From a bacterium (lineage in GTDB: Bacteria > Patescibacteriota > Minisyncoccia > Phycocordibacterales > Phycocordibacteraceae), in assembly GCA_023269085.1 (NCBI GenBank), contig JAHFML010000001.1, forward strand, positions 190,356 through 254,355: 64,000 bases of DNA, read 5' to 3'. A program made the position numbers and the translations under genes. Within the stretch, counting starts at the first letter, position 1; the number at the start of each line of letters is the position of its first letter. The notes under the pieces were generated by a model. That model did no database searches, was not told the origin of the DNA, and saw nothing but the letters and a program-made list of their open reading frames with translations. Shown here piece by piece: positions 38,907-47,663 of the stretch.

Positions 38907-39464
38907 ATGGACCAACAACCGGAGTCAGACATGACCCACACCAAACTTGATCTTTCTCTCATCGTCGCGATGACGCCGAGGGGTGTCATCGGCCATAGCG
39001 ATGGCAATCCGCTTTGGCACCTACAGAGTCATCTGGACCTAGCTCGGCGAATCTCCAACAAGAGCGTTATTGTATCTGATATTCAGACTGTTAAATTTCT
39101 ACGCGACAATCAAATCGAGACATGGTTCTACCGCGTCGAATCGCCAATCGTTGTTGTGGCGAATGAGGTTGGGTTTGAAGCGGCACTGTCAGCTGCCATG
39201 GCCTACAAGAAATCGATCTTCGTGTTGGGGCGAGAAGTGTCGTGGCTCTACAAACTATTTATCCCCTATGCGAAGGTGATTCGTCAGACCATCGTGCATG
39301 ACGTCATGGACGGAGACGTTCTCTTCCCTACGCTTCACGCACAGGACTGGGCGGTTTCTGAAAACACCGGCATACCCCGCTTCCACCATGTGCATGACAG
39401 CCACAAGACAACGCAATGCGTCATGGAGCGAGTCCCCATTGAGGTGCAGTGCGTGCAAGACTGA
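38907..39464 (+). CDS. dihydrofolate reductase-like protein (divergent)
   Basis: N-terminal LSLIVAMTPRGVIGHSDGNPLWHL resembles the DHFR opening; divergent from thyA; rest is weakly conserved. Confidence 0.4.
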   Translation: MDQQPESDMTHTKLDLSLIVAMTPRGVIGHSDGNPLWHLQSHLDLARRISNKSVIVSDIQTVKFLRDNQIETWFYRVESPIVVVANEVGFEAALSAAMAYKKSIFVLGREVSWLYKLFIPYAKVIRQTIVHDVMDGDVLFPTLHAQDWAVSENTGIPRFHHVHDSHKTTQCVMERVPIEVQCVQD

Positions 39465-39478
39465 TCTCCGCAGAAATG

Positions 39479-39508
39479 CGAACGGCGCCAAAGGCGCCGT
39501 TTCTTTTT
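39479..39508. terminator. bidirectional terminator (GAACGGCGCC-AAA-GGCGCCGTTTCTTTTTC)
   Basis: seen in sequence between DHFR-like gene and rplK. Confidence 0.55.
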
Positions 39509-39526
39509 CTCTTTTTGTAAAGACTT

Positions 39527-39949
39527 CTACGCGACTTCAACGCCCATCGATTGCGCGGTGCCCGCGATAAGACGCGCGGCCGCTTCGGGGCTGTTCGCGT
39601 TCAAGTCTGGCATCTTCTCGGCGACGATAGCGTCGATCATCGCCTTGGTGAGCGTGCCCGCCTTGCGATCCTTCTTGGGCTTCAGCGACCCCTTCTCAAT
39701 ACCGAGCGCCTTCAAGATAAGGCGCGAAGCCGGCGGATTCTTCATGATGAAGGTGAAGGTGCGATCATCATAGACCGAAAGTTCGATCGGGATAATCGTC
39801 CCCATCTTGTCGCGTGTCGCGTCGTTGAACTGGGTCACGAACTGACCGATATTCACGCCGGCGGGGCCGAGCGCCGTGCCGACCGGCGGGGCCGGTGTCG
39901 CCTTCCCTCCCGGGATCTGCAATTTAATCTTTTTTACGATGGTTGCCAT
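39527..39949 (-). CDS. rplK: 50S ribosomal protein L11
   Basis: 140 aa; canonical L11 ([26 protein letters not shown]...). Confidence 0.95.
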   Translation of the reverse strand: MATIVKKIKLQIPGGKATPAPPVGTALGPAGVNIGQFVTQFNDATRDKMGTIIPIELSVYDDRTFTFIMKNPPASRLILKALGIEKGSLKPKKDRKAGTLTKAMIDAIVAEKMPDLNANSPEAAARLIAGTAQSMGVEVA

Positions 39950-39967
39950 AGGTGATGAGACTTTACC

Positions 39968-40612
39968 TTATAGTTTGCGGATTTGCAAAAAGTCGAGCTC
40001 GACCGGCGTCTCGCGGCCGAACATCGAGACCATGACCTTGACCTTGCCGCGACTCTCGTCGATCTCGCCGACCTTGCCCTCCAAGTCTTTGAAGGGGCCG
40101 TCCGCGATGACCACGGCGTCATCCTTCACGAGATCGATGTGGTGCTTCGGCGCCTCGGCTATCATGCGCTTCATGAGGCTGTCCACTTCGACCTGCTCCA
40201 TCGGCACCGGCGTGTTGCCGCTCCCGACGAAGCCCGTCACGCGCGGCGTGTTGCGCACGACGAACCACGAATCATCGTCGACGATCATGCGCACGAGGAT
40301 ATAGCCCGGATAGATCTTCTCCTCCTCGACGACGCGCTTGCCGCCCTTCACGCGTATCTTCTTCTCGGTCGGCACGACCACATCGAAGATCTTGTCCTCC
40401 ATGCCGAGGGACTCGATGCGTTGCTTCAAGTTGCGCTCGGCGGCGTTCTCATAGCCGGCGTAGGTGTGGATGGTATACCAGCGCGCATCTTCTTTATTCG
40501 ACTTCGTCTGATCGAGGATCATCTTCGGCACGCCGGGCGCGATGTCGGCCATGCCGATCTCTTCTGGTTCCGGCATCTCGATCGTCTCGTTATCGTATTG
40601 GTGTTCGTCCAT
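39968..40612 (-). CDS. nusG: transcription termination/antitermination factor NusG
   Basis: start at MDEHQYD; NGN domain (WYTIHTYAGYEN) and KOW domain. Confidence 0.9.
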   Translation of the reverse strand: MDEHQYDNETIEMPEPEEIGMADIAPGVPKMILDQTKSNKEDARWYTIHTYAGYENAAERNLKQRIESLGMEDKIFDVVVPTEKKIRVKGGKRVVEEEKIYPGYILVRMIVDDDSWFVVRNTPRVTGFVGSGNTPVPMEQVEVDSLMKRMIAEAPKHHIDLVKDDAVVIADGPFKDLEGKVGEIDESRGKVKVMVSMFGRETPVELDFLQIRKL

Positions 40613-40622
40613 GATAGAAGAG

Positions 40623-40808
40623 TTAGCCGCCGATAACATGATTCACCCCGAGACCGAAGACGTAGTCGAGGAGGCTCACGATGAGCGCGATGACCGCCGC
40701 GATGATGACGATGACGAGCGTGTGCGCGGTCGCGGTGCGGCTGGTCGGCCAGACGATATGCGTGAACTCTCCGCGGACATGTTTGAGATAGGTGAAGGGT
40801 GAGATCAT
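40623..40808 (-). CDS. secE: preprotein translocase subunit SecE
   Basis: start at MISPFTYLKHVRGEFTHIVWPT; single TM; secE-nusG-rplK order. Confidence 0.75.
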   Translation of the reverse strand: MISPFTYLKHVRGEFTHIVWPTSRTATAHTLVIVIIAAVIALIVSLLDYVFGLGVNHVIGG

Positions 40809-41004
40809 AGCGGAAAGGTGATTGGTAAATAAAAGAGCCCTGCGGGCTCTTGACTCTCGTAGTATACCTGACGCCAGAATTGCGTCAACTGGGGAAAGAA
40901 AAACGCCCACGACCGTTTGGAGGGGTCGGGGGCGTTGGTTGTTTGCCGGCGGGATTGCCGGGCTTTACCGGATTGTCGACACCTCCGGCAGGCGATCAGG
41001 GCGG

Positions 41005-41319
41005 TCAGGCGTTGGCGGGAGCCGTCCAGCTGTAGCCCAGGCCGCCGAGCAGGTCGCGGGCGAAGACTTCGGCCTCGTCGAGGCTGTAGGCCATCTTGGC
41101 GCCGTTGGCCTTCTGGATGATGATGGTGCCGCCGATCTGCGTGGAGCGCAGGGACATGACCTTGTTGCCATTGGCCGTGGTGCCGTGGTGGTCGGTCCAA
41201 TTCGCGCTCTTCAGCGTCTTGCCGGTCACCGTGACATCGTGGCCGTCGATGATGGCCGAACAGGCGAAGGACGGACGGCGATTGGTGCTCTTATTGCCTT
41301 GCGGTTGCTTGGACTGCAT
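41005..41319 (-). CDS. hypothetical small protein
   Basis: start at MQSKQPQGNK; ~104 aa; no recognisable domain. Confidence 0.3.
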   Translation of the reverse strand: MQSKQPQGNKSTNRRPSFACSAIIDGHDVTVTGKTLKSANWTDHHGTTANGNKVMSLRSTQIGGTIIIQKANGAKMAYSLDEAEVFARDLLGGLGYSWTAPANA

Positions 41320-41427
41320 GGGTATTCTCCTCGAAAGATCAACCGTTCCCGCTCTGGGAACAGGTCGTGCCGAATAGCGCGACAATTGCAACCCTAGCAA
41401 CCCTGATATTTTTTGTCAAGCAAAACG

Positions 41428-41512
41428 GAAAACGCGCGGCGCAGAGCGCCACGCGTTCCGACAAATCAAGGTTCGACCTTGAGGATTCGGGCGAAGGTCG
41501 AACCTTGTTTTT
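41428..41512. terminator. two tandem hairpins (AACGCGCGGCGC..GCGCCACGCGTT and CAAGGTTCGACCTT..AAGGTCGAACCTTG + TTTTT); terminator for 41516..42316, with a TTGACA promoter-like box for the downstream gene
   Basis: seen in sequence. Confidence 0.5.
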
Positions 41513-41515
41513 GTA

Positions 41516-42316
41516 CTACCGAATCTCGTAGGTAATAGAGACCGAGGCGGTGTAGGTGTTGTCGCCTGCAGGGAGTTCGGGCGTCGGTGCGCTTGCTGAA
41601 TCCGTAGCACCCATGCCCTTCGCGTACACCATCGACCGATACCCGCCACTAGACTCAGAGAAGTTCACAATCTTGCCCAAGTGCACGCCAAGCTGGTGCG
41701 CGAGAAGCGACGCTTGCGTCTGCGCCTTCCTTATCGCATCAGTACGCGCCGCGTCATAGCCAGCCGTCGCGTCATCAAGCCCGAAGTCCGGACCCGTCAC
41801 ATTCTGCACGCCGAGCCGGCCGAGACCCCCGACAAAAGCTCCGACCGTTGCGATATCGCGCACCTTAACCTGTATCGACTCCGAGACCTGATAGCCGGTA
41901 ATCTTCGGTGTGCCGCTATAGGCCGGGCAGAACGCGCCAGGCTGACACGGATTCGGATACGAATACTGCGGATAGATTGCGTACGAGCTGGTCATCACGT
42001 CCTTGTCGGCTATCCCCTGCCCCTTCACGAAGGTGAGGGCGGCATTCGCCTGCTTGGTCGTCGCGGCTTGCGCTTCGGCGACCGTCTTGGCCGTATTCTG
42101 CACCATGAACGAAATATTCGCGATGTCCGGCGCCATCGTCACCTGACCATCGCCATTGACCGTAATCGTGTATGCCGAAGGGACGCTCGAACGGCCGAAG
42201 TTCTCAAAAGCTGTTACCGTCTCCGCAACAAGAAAGAGGGCGAGGATAGCGAGCACCCCAATAAGCGCAACGCGCATCCCATCCGTCAGAAGCATCTCTT
42301 GTAGTGATTTGTTCAT
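41516..42316 (-). CDS. SIMPL-domain (DUF541) periplasmic/secreted protein
   Basis: 266 aa; N-terminal TM/signal; SIMPL-like body. Confidence 0.65.
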   Translation of the reverse strand: MNKSLQEMLLTDGMRVALIGVLAILALFLVAETVTAFENFGRSSVPSAYTITVNGDGQVTMAPDIANISFMVQNTAKTVAEAQAATTKQANAALTFVKGQGIADKDVMTSSYAIYPQYSYPNPCQPGAFCPAYSGTPKITGYQVSESIQVKVRDIATVGAFVGGLGRLGVQNVTGPDFGLDDATAGYDAARTDAIRKAQTQASLLAHQLGVHLGKIVNFSESSGGYRSMVYAKGMGATDSASAPTPELPAGDNTYTASVSITYEIR

Positions 42317-42340
42317 GGTAAATATATAAAGCTGATGCCC

Positions 42341-42991
42341 TTATTGTACCACCTGCAGAGTGGTAAGAAGCGTCGTGAGTGCGCGATGCGCCGGGAGCGT
42401 CGCGAGGTCGAGATTCATATCGATCCACTTCGCCACACCACTATCCTTAGCATCGAAGCGTAGGACATCGGTGCCGCGTACGAGATAATAGGCCGTGTCG
42501 ACGACACCTTCGAAGCGTTCGATCGCCGCGACGGTGTACCGGCGACCACCAAGCTCGACTGAAGAGAATGCGGTCACGGCGATCGGCGCGCCACTCGTGC
42601 CACTTATCGCGGTTTGCTGTATCACGGTAGAAGGCGTTGATGATGCCCCCACCGCATATTGCCGGATGACGATACTTGCTGTCGAAGACGCCGACGATGT
42701 AGCGGCAAGCGCATACGCTGCGATACTCGCACTGTCTGGAACCTCGACTGCCGAGAATCCGGCTGGCATGGCGAAGATGAGATGCGCGGCATCGAGTGAG
42801 ACATTTGGCGGCAGACACGGGGCGAAGGTGCACGAGGCGCCCTCGCGCGCGACGCTGGTGCCGTCGGGGCAGAGCTTCGCGTCGACGGGGCACGCGATCG
42901 GCTGATTAGGGTGCTCGACCGCGTTCCGATAGACGAACCCGCCGAAGCCGATGACCATAATGAATAAAATACCAAAAAAGAGTTCTTTCAT
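42341..42991 (-). CDS. membrane-anchored hypothetical protein
   Basis: 216 aa; N-terminal TM then Cys-containing ectodomain. Confidence 0.35.
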   Translation of the reverse strand: MKELFFGILFIMVIGFGGFVYRNAVEHPNQPIACPVDAKLCPDGTSVAREGASCTFAPCLPPNVSLDAAHLIFAMPAGFSAVEVPDSASIAAYALAATSSASSTASIVIRQYAVGASSTPSTVIQQTAISGTSGAPIAVTAFSSVELGGRRYTVAAIERFEGVVDTAYYLVRGTDVLRFDAKDSGVAKWIDMNLDLATLPAHRALTTLLTTLQVVQ

Positions 42992-43465
42992 GGGCGAATA
43001 GTATCACGCACATAGACAAACGTGCGCCCCCGAATGAACGGGGGCGTTTTCTTACCAGCGACGTTTTCGCTTCCCTTTCTGGGAATCCAGACTGAGGAGC
43101 GTTAGCCGGAATGGCGGGCCGATTTCTTGTGTAGCCGGCGTAGGCGGTACTCTCGTCGCCACCCAAGCCATCGAGCCGAGGCTGAGTACTGCACCCGTGG
43201 CGATTAAACCAAAAAACAACATTTCTGTCTTCATAGCATCCTCCTGACATGTTGAACCCAATGGAAGACTATCACAAAACTTGAGAAAAAACTTTGGGCG
43301 ACCTGTGGGGCTTGGTCACAGATAATTCACTCGCCGTCGCTCGTGAATTTCCGCGACCTCGCCTCGCGGTTTCGCCTGCTGGCGAAACATCGCTCCGGCC
43401 TTCAAGCCCCAAAGCACAGCGCCTTACGCTGTGCTTCCGGCGCCCTCTCATCGAGGACTCTTCAA

Positions 43466-43540
43466 GGGCGACCTGTGGGGCTTGAACCCACGACCCTCGG
43501 TACCACAAACCGATGCTCTACCAGCTGAGCTAAGGCCGCC
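43466..43540 (-). tRNA. tRNA-His (GTG)
   Basis: cloverleaf folded by hand: G-1 encoded and paired to C73; D-stem GCTC/GAGC; anticodon loop TTGTGGT; T-loop TTCAAGC. Confidence 0.85.
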
Positions 43541-43595
43541 ATGTTGCGCAGCTATCTGCGCTTATTTTTTATACCACACCTCGCACGATTATGCC

Positions 43596-44129
43596 CTAAT
43601 ACCGCGGCGACTCTTCGGCGATGCCGGCGCGGTGATTCGCGAGGCGCGCGAGCGCGAAGAGGAGCGAAGAGAGGCGGTTCAGATACGCTTTCGTCTCAGC
43701 GCTTGCTGAACAAGCCCCCGCTTCGGCGGCCGCGATGACGCGACGCTCGGCACGACGCGCGATGGTGCGCGCGACATCGAGAATAGCCGAGAGCTCGGTC
43801 CCGCCCGCGATCGAGAAGCCCTTGAGCGGGGGAATTTCTTTTTCTATCTCGTTCACTAGCGCTTCGACGCGCTGCACTTCACTCGTATCGACCGTCTTCT
43901 CGGCTCCCGCGAGCTCGGCCTGGATGATGAAGAGTGTCTCTTGCACGGCGCGAATCGCTGTCGCGATTCGCGCCTCCCCCACCGCCCGCACCTTCACGAA
44001 GCCGAGATACGCGTTCAGCTCGTCGAGCGCGCCGAGCGCCTCGGGCAGTTCAGACGACTTCGAGATCCGCTGTTGGTCACAGCCGAAGGCGGTCGTCGTC
44101 CCTGCGTCCCCTTTGCCAGTGTAGAGCAT
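43596..44129 (-). CDS. ATP:cob(I)alamin adenosyltransferase, PduO/MMAB type
   Basis: 177 aa; LYTGKGDAGTTTAFGCDQ...ALGALDELNAYLG matches PduO-type N-terminus. Confidence 0.8.
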   Translation of the reverse strand: MLYTGKGDAGTTTAFGCDQQRISKSSELPEALGALDELNAYLGFVKVRAVGEARIATAIRAVQETLFIIQAELAGAEKTVDTSEVQRVEALVNEIEKEIPPLKGFSIAGGTELSAILDVARTIARRAERRVIAAAEAGACSASAETKAYLNRLSSLLFALARLANHRAGIAEESPRY

Positions 44130-44220
44130 ACCGCCAGTATACCGCGCCCGCGCTGCCTCTTGACTTTTTTATCAAATATGAGAGACTATCTTTGGCAACT
44201 TTTAAAGAGGAGAGATTGCC

Positions 44221-44370
44221 ATGCTCTATGTGCCTTGGACCGAGAAGCCCTCGATCATCCCGCATGTAAGCCGCGGGGCATTCTGGATAGGAGTTGCGGT
44301 TGCCATTTTCATTCTGGCAATCCTCTCCTTACCAGTCATCTTCCCCTTTCCGCACGACCTCCCCTACTGA
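44221..44370 (+). CDS. possible 49-aa membrane peptide (MLYVPWTEKPSIIPHVSRGAFWIGVAVAIFILAILSLPVIFPFPHDLPY)
   Basis: AGGAG RBS 8 nt upstream; TTGACT box upstream; hairpin+T-run terminator ~44396-44424 downstream; below the ORF-track size cutoff. Confidence 0.3.
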   Translation: MLYVPWTEKPSIIPHVSRGAFWIGVAVAIFILAILSLPVIFPFPHDLPY

Positions 44371-44589
44371 ACTACAAAAAGAGGTCGTGCGTTCACCGGA
44401 CGCCTTGCGTCCGGTTTTCATTTTGTGCCCGGGAGGCTTGGCCACGCATAATTTCTTGCTAGAAATTTGCGCGAGCCCCGCCTCGCGCCGTCGCGCTCCG
44501 GCCTTCAAGTCCTTGCTCCTGTTTGCTCCGCAAACAGTTGCGCCTCCCGGCCAAAATGAAAAGCACCCTTTCGGGTGCTTTTCATTTTG

Positions 44590-44676
44590 TGCCCGGGAGA
44601 GGACTTGAACCTCCATTCCCATAACAGGAGCTACCACCTCAAGGTAGTGCGTCTATCCAATTTCGCCACCCGGGCA
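44590..44676 (-). tRNA. tRNA-Leu (GAG)
   Basis: 87 nt; long variable arm; anticodon loop TTGAGGT; acceptor GCCCGGG/CCCGGGC, discriminator A. Confidence 0.85.
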
Positions 44677-44683
44677 GGTGTCT

Positions 44684-45196
44684 CTACTCTACCACAACTT
44701 CTTCTGTTTTCACTTCCTCAACAACCACCGGCGCCGCGACTGCTTCAACTTCGATCGTCGCCTCTTCTGCAACTTCAACCGGAAGCGTCTCATCGCTCTT
44801 CACGTGCATCATGCGCGCTCCGCGGAGCTGGCGGCGGACTGCCTTCGCCGCCTTCTCGCGGATGAAGTAGAGCTTCGCGCGGCGCACCGTCGAGCGCTTC
44901 ACTATCTCTATTGAGTCTATCGCCGGCGTGTAGAGCGGATACGTCTTCTCGACGCCGACACCCGAGAGCGTGGTGCGGACGGTGAAGGTCGCCCCCGCCT
45001 CGGTGCCGTGCTTGACCGCGATGACGAGCCCCTCGAAGATCTGCTTGCGGACATTCTTCGTTATCTTCTCCTTCTTGTCCGCACCCTTACCCTTCTTCAA
45101 GTCGACGATGTTCTGGGTAACGCGCACGGTGTCGCCCGGGCGTACCCCGAGCGCGGCGCGTCCTGCGGCGTTGACTGGCGTGATGACCTTCTGCAT
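44684..45196 (-). CDS. rplS: 50S ribosomal protein L19 with acidic/Val-rich C-terminal extension
   Basis: 170 aa; L19 core (GDTVRV...FEGLVIAVKHG...TFTVR...SGVGVEKTYPLYTP...RRAKLYF). Confidence 0.9.
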   Translation of the reverse strand: MQKVITPVNAAGRAALGVRPGDTVRVTQNIVDLKKGKGADKKEKITKNVRKQIFEGLVIAVKHGTEAGATFTVRTTLSGVGVEKTYPLYTPAIDSIEIVKRSTVRRAKLYFIREKAAKAVRRQLRGARMMHVKSDETLPVEVAEEATIEVEAVAAPVVVEEVKTEEVVVE

Positions 45197-45223
45197 ATAG
45201 GGCGCACTGTAGCATGACCGGCG

Positions 45224-45961
45224 CTACGCCGCAAATCTCGCGGTCGCCGCGGCGAAATCCCCGGGCACGGGCGCTTCAAAGGTGCAACGCTCGCCCGAGG
45301 GGAGCATGAGAGAAAGTGAAAAAGCGTGGAGCGCTTGGCGCGAGAAGCCGAGGAGAGCTGGACGGCCATTCGCATACAGCTTATCGCCAACGACCGGATG
45401 GCCGAGATGCTTCAAGTGGACGCGGATCTGGTGCGTCCGACCGGTCTTCGGGTGCGCCTCTATGAGCGCGACCGTCTCATTCGTCGCCCCATCGCGGCCG
45501 CGCGCGAGCACGCGCCAGTCGGTAATCGCTACGCGCTGTTTCTTCTCCTCCCTCGCGCGCGCGACGCCCCAGCGCGGCGGCACCGCGCGAATGCGCACGA
45601 TCTCGGCCTCTATTGTGCCGCTGTCGTGCGCGGGATGCCCATAGACGAACGCGCGATACACCTTCTCGGTCGTGCGATTCTGGAATTGCTCTTTGAGCAT
45701 GGCATACGCCTCTTGCGTCTTCGCGAGAATAAGCACGCCCGAAGTGTCGCGATCGAGCCGGTGCACGATGCCCGGGCGCGGGATTATCTCGCCTTGTGGG
45801 CTCTCCCATGGCTCGCCCACCTCTGCCATCATTGGGTATCGCGCGAGCGCCCAGTCGGCCACAGTCGGCTCTTCGGTGCGGCCGTCGCTGTGGACAATCA
45901 GCCCTGCGGGCTTGTTGATCACGACGACATCGGCATCTTCGTAGAGAATGGAGGGTTCCAT
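45224..45961 (-). CDS. RluA-family pseudouridine synthase
   Basis: start at MEPSILYEDADVVVINKPAGL; catalytic HRLDRDTSGVLILAKT. Confidence 0.85.
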   Translation of the reverse strand: MEPSILYEDADVVVINKPAGLIVHSDGRTEEPTVADWALARYPMMAEVGEPWESPQGEIIPRPGIVHRLDRDTSGVLILAKTQEAYAMLKEQFQNRTTEKVYRAFVYGHPAHDSGTIEAEIVRIRAVPPRWGVARAREEKKQRVAITDWRVLARGRDGATNETVALIEAHPKTGRTHQIRVHLKHLGHPVVGDKLYANGRPALLGFSRQALHAFSLSLMLPSGERCTFEAPVPGDFAAATARFAA

Positions 45962-45972
45962 ATTATTTGATT

Positions 45973-46048
45973 TGGTGCATCCTGCAGGACTCGAACCTGC
46001 GACCTTCTCAGTGTAAATGAGTTGCTCTACCAACTGAGCTAAGGATGC
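45973..46048 (-). tRNA. tRNA-Val (TAC)
   Basis: 76 nt incl. encoded CCA; anticodon loop TTTACAC; T-loop TTCGAGT. Confidence 0.85.
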
Positions 46049-46068
46049 GTGGTCAGGATTAATCCCGG

Positions 46069-46152
46069 TGCCGCGAGGGAGACTTGAACTCCCAACCCCT
46101 TGCGAGGACTAGCTCCTGAAGCTAGCGTGTTTACCAATTTCACCACCGCGGC
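46069..46152 (-). tRNA. tRNA-Leu (CAG)
   Basis: 84 nt; long variable arm; anticodon loop TTCAGGA; acceptor GCCGCGG/CCGCGGC. Confidence 0.85.
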
Positions 46153-46159
46153 AAGACTT

Positions 46160-46637
46160 GATTATGCTCATACTTTGCTGAACTTTCAAATATTTCCTCT
46201 TCAGCAACGGTATGCCTTTTCTATAATACAGGTAATTACACAAAATGACCGCTTCTCTCTTGGCGAACCGAAGTTGAACATACGTCGTGCCGGCATACCG
46301 AGTTATATGACCTTTTACATGAACCATGTCACTTATTCGCTTTCGCAACCAATCGATGAAGGGCGGACTCGCCGATAAGAAACTCGCGAAATAAGACATC
46401 GCCAAACTGAATGCGATGGTAAAGGTTCCCTGTTCCAGAATGTTTAATCCCAATCTTTGTTTTGATACCGAAACATTTCTTGAAAGTTACGACTTGTTCA
46501 AGATCTTTTGAAGTGAAATCAATATGTCTGCCGTCATTCAACAGACAGCCATCTGCCGTTAATAATCCGATTGCGTACGCAAATTTTGGTGACCATTCGA
46601 TCTTTACTGCCCCTTTTGGCTTTGGTCCCCTCTTCAT
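46160..46637 (-). pseudogene. frameshifted LAGLIDADG homing-endonuclease remnant in an AT-rich insert
   Basis: ORF 46329..46637 carries a LAGLIDADG-like block FAYAIGLLTADGCL; a second half continues in another frame (ORF 46109..46453, ...YVQLRFAKREAVILCNYLYYRKGIPLLKRKYL); local GC ~40%. Confidence 0.6.
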
Positions 46638-46733
46638 TGCCTTTATTATAAACTGACCTATATAGCGTATACCAATTTATCCACTATGCCAGAAAAAACG
46701 GCCTGCCGCGAGGCAGACCGAATTGGCTTCCAA

Positions 46734-47663
46734 TTACTTCAAATCATCGAGGTACGTCTTGAGCGCAAACGCTCGCCACGAACCCGACTCGACCCCGCGC
46801 AAGACGAAACGACTCACCTCGATTCTGAACTCCTCTTGCCTCCCCTGTTTGATCAACAGGGCGAGCTTTCGGATATCCTTCTTCTTCGGGTTGTTGGCCC
46901 CTTTCGCAAGAAAGCCGATCAACTCCTCATAAAGATGACGATCGTTCAGCAGAATGGTGGCAAGCTTCTCGAGCCTGACGATGCACTTCAAATACGCTGA
47001 CCGATAATCAGCCAGCCGCACCAGCAAGCTCGCGACAAGGCGCACCACGCCTCGTTCGCTTACCACCTCATTTTCAAGCATGAACTGAATCGCTTCCGCG
47101 CTTCCCGCGAGACCAATGTCGACATGCGGTTCGAGACATTTCGACTTGAGGAATTCGCTTGAGATATGTTCTATCCCCCGCTCCCAAGCCTTAATTTCTC
47201 GTGCCACCGCTTCATACGGGAGGCTTGCCATGCCGACAATCTCATCGCCACCGTATCTCCCGAAGGAAACACAGGGAGCCTGGTCGGTCGTAGCACCAAT
47301 ACTGCTCAAGAGAGCATCACCGGCTTCGTGTGAAGCGTTGTTCACCAGACTCAAGAACGACACATCCCCGAACACGATCCAGAGGTCATTCTCGGCGCCG
47401 ATTGACTCACGCCCTTCGGACAACCGGTTATTCTCAATCTCCTCCGGCAAAAGAATACCCTTGACCTTTTCATTCAGGAACTGGAACCATTGCCCCCGAG
47501 TGAACAAACCGGTAACCATGTCGACACCGGCGTGCACCAATTCGTCTCGGGCGGACCGGAGCTCTGATTGCAATCCGACATTGTTCCTCTGTATCTCCTT
47601 ATGGAGTTTCGGGTATCGTCTGTCGAAGTCGGCTTTCAATATGTCTTGGCACTTCATGCACAC
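46734..47663 (-). CDS. GGDEF-domain protein (diguanylate-cyclase-like) with C-terminal domain of unknown function
   Basis: 309 aa; GGDEF-type motif RYGGDEI; lower-GC DNA. Confidence 0.6.
   Translation of the reverse strand: MCMKCQDILKADFDRRYPKLHKEIQRNNVGLQSELRSARDELVHAGVDMVTGLFTRGQWFQFLNEKVKGILLPEEIENNRLSEGRESIGAENDLWIVFGDVSFLSLVNNASHEAGDALLSSIGATTDQAPCVSFGRYGGDEIVGMASLPYEAVAREIKAWERGIEHISSEFLKSKCLEPHVDIGLAGSAEAIQFMLENEVVSERGVVRLVASLLVRLADYRSAYLKCIVRLEKLATILLNDRHLYEELIGFLAKGANNPKKKDIRKLALLIKQGRQEEFRIEVSRFVLRGVESGSWRAFALKTYLDDLK

Noticed and set aside
40810-40900. Expected tRNA-Trp upstream of secE
   Set aside because: No cloverleaf could be folded. The region has only a GC hairpin (AAGAGCCC-GCA-GGGCTCTT), likely a terminator.
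43466-43541. Initial impression that tRNA-His lacks an encoded G-1
   Set aside because: Re-folding shows the first G is G-1 paired with C73, with a standard 7-bp stem behind it. It is canonical.
43431-43709. ORFs overlapping tRNA genes (43431..43709, 51736..52113, 53901..54107, 62403..62807)
   Set aside because: They run through hand-folded tRNA cloverleaves. Spurious.
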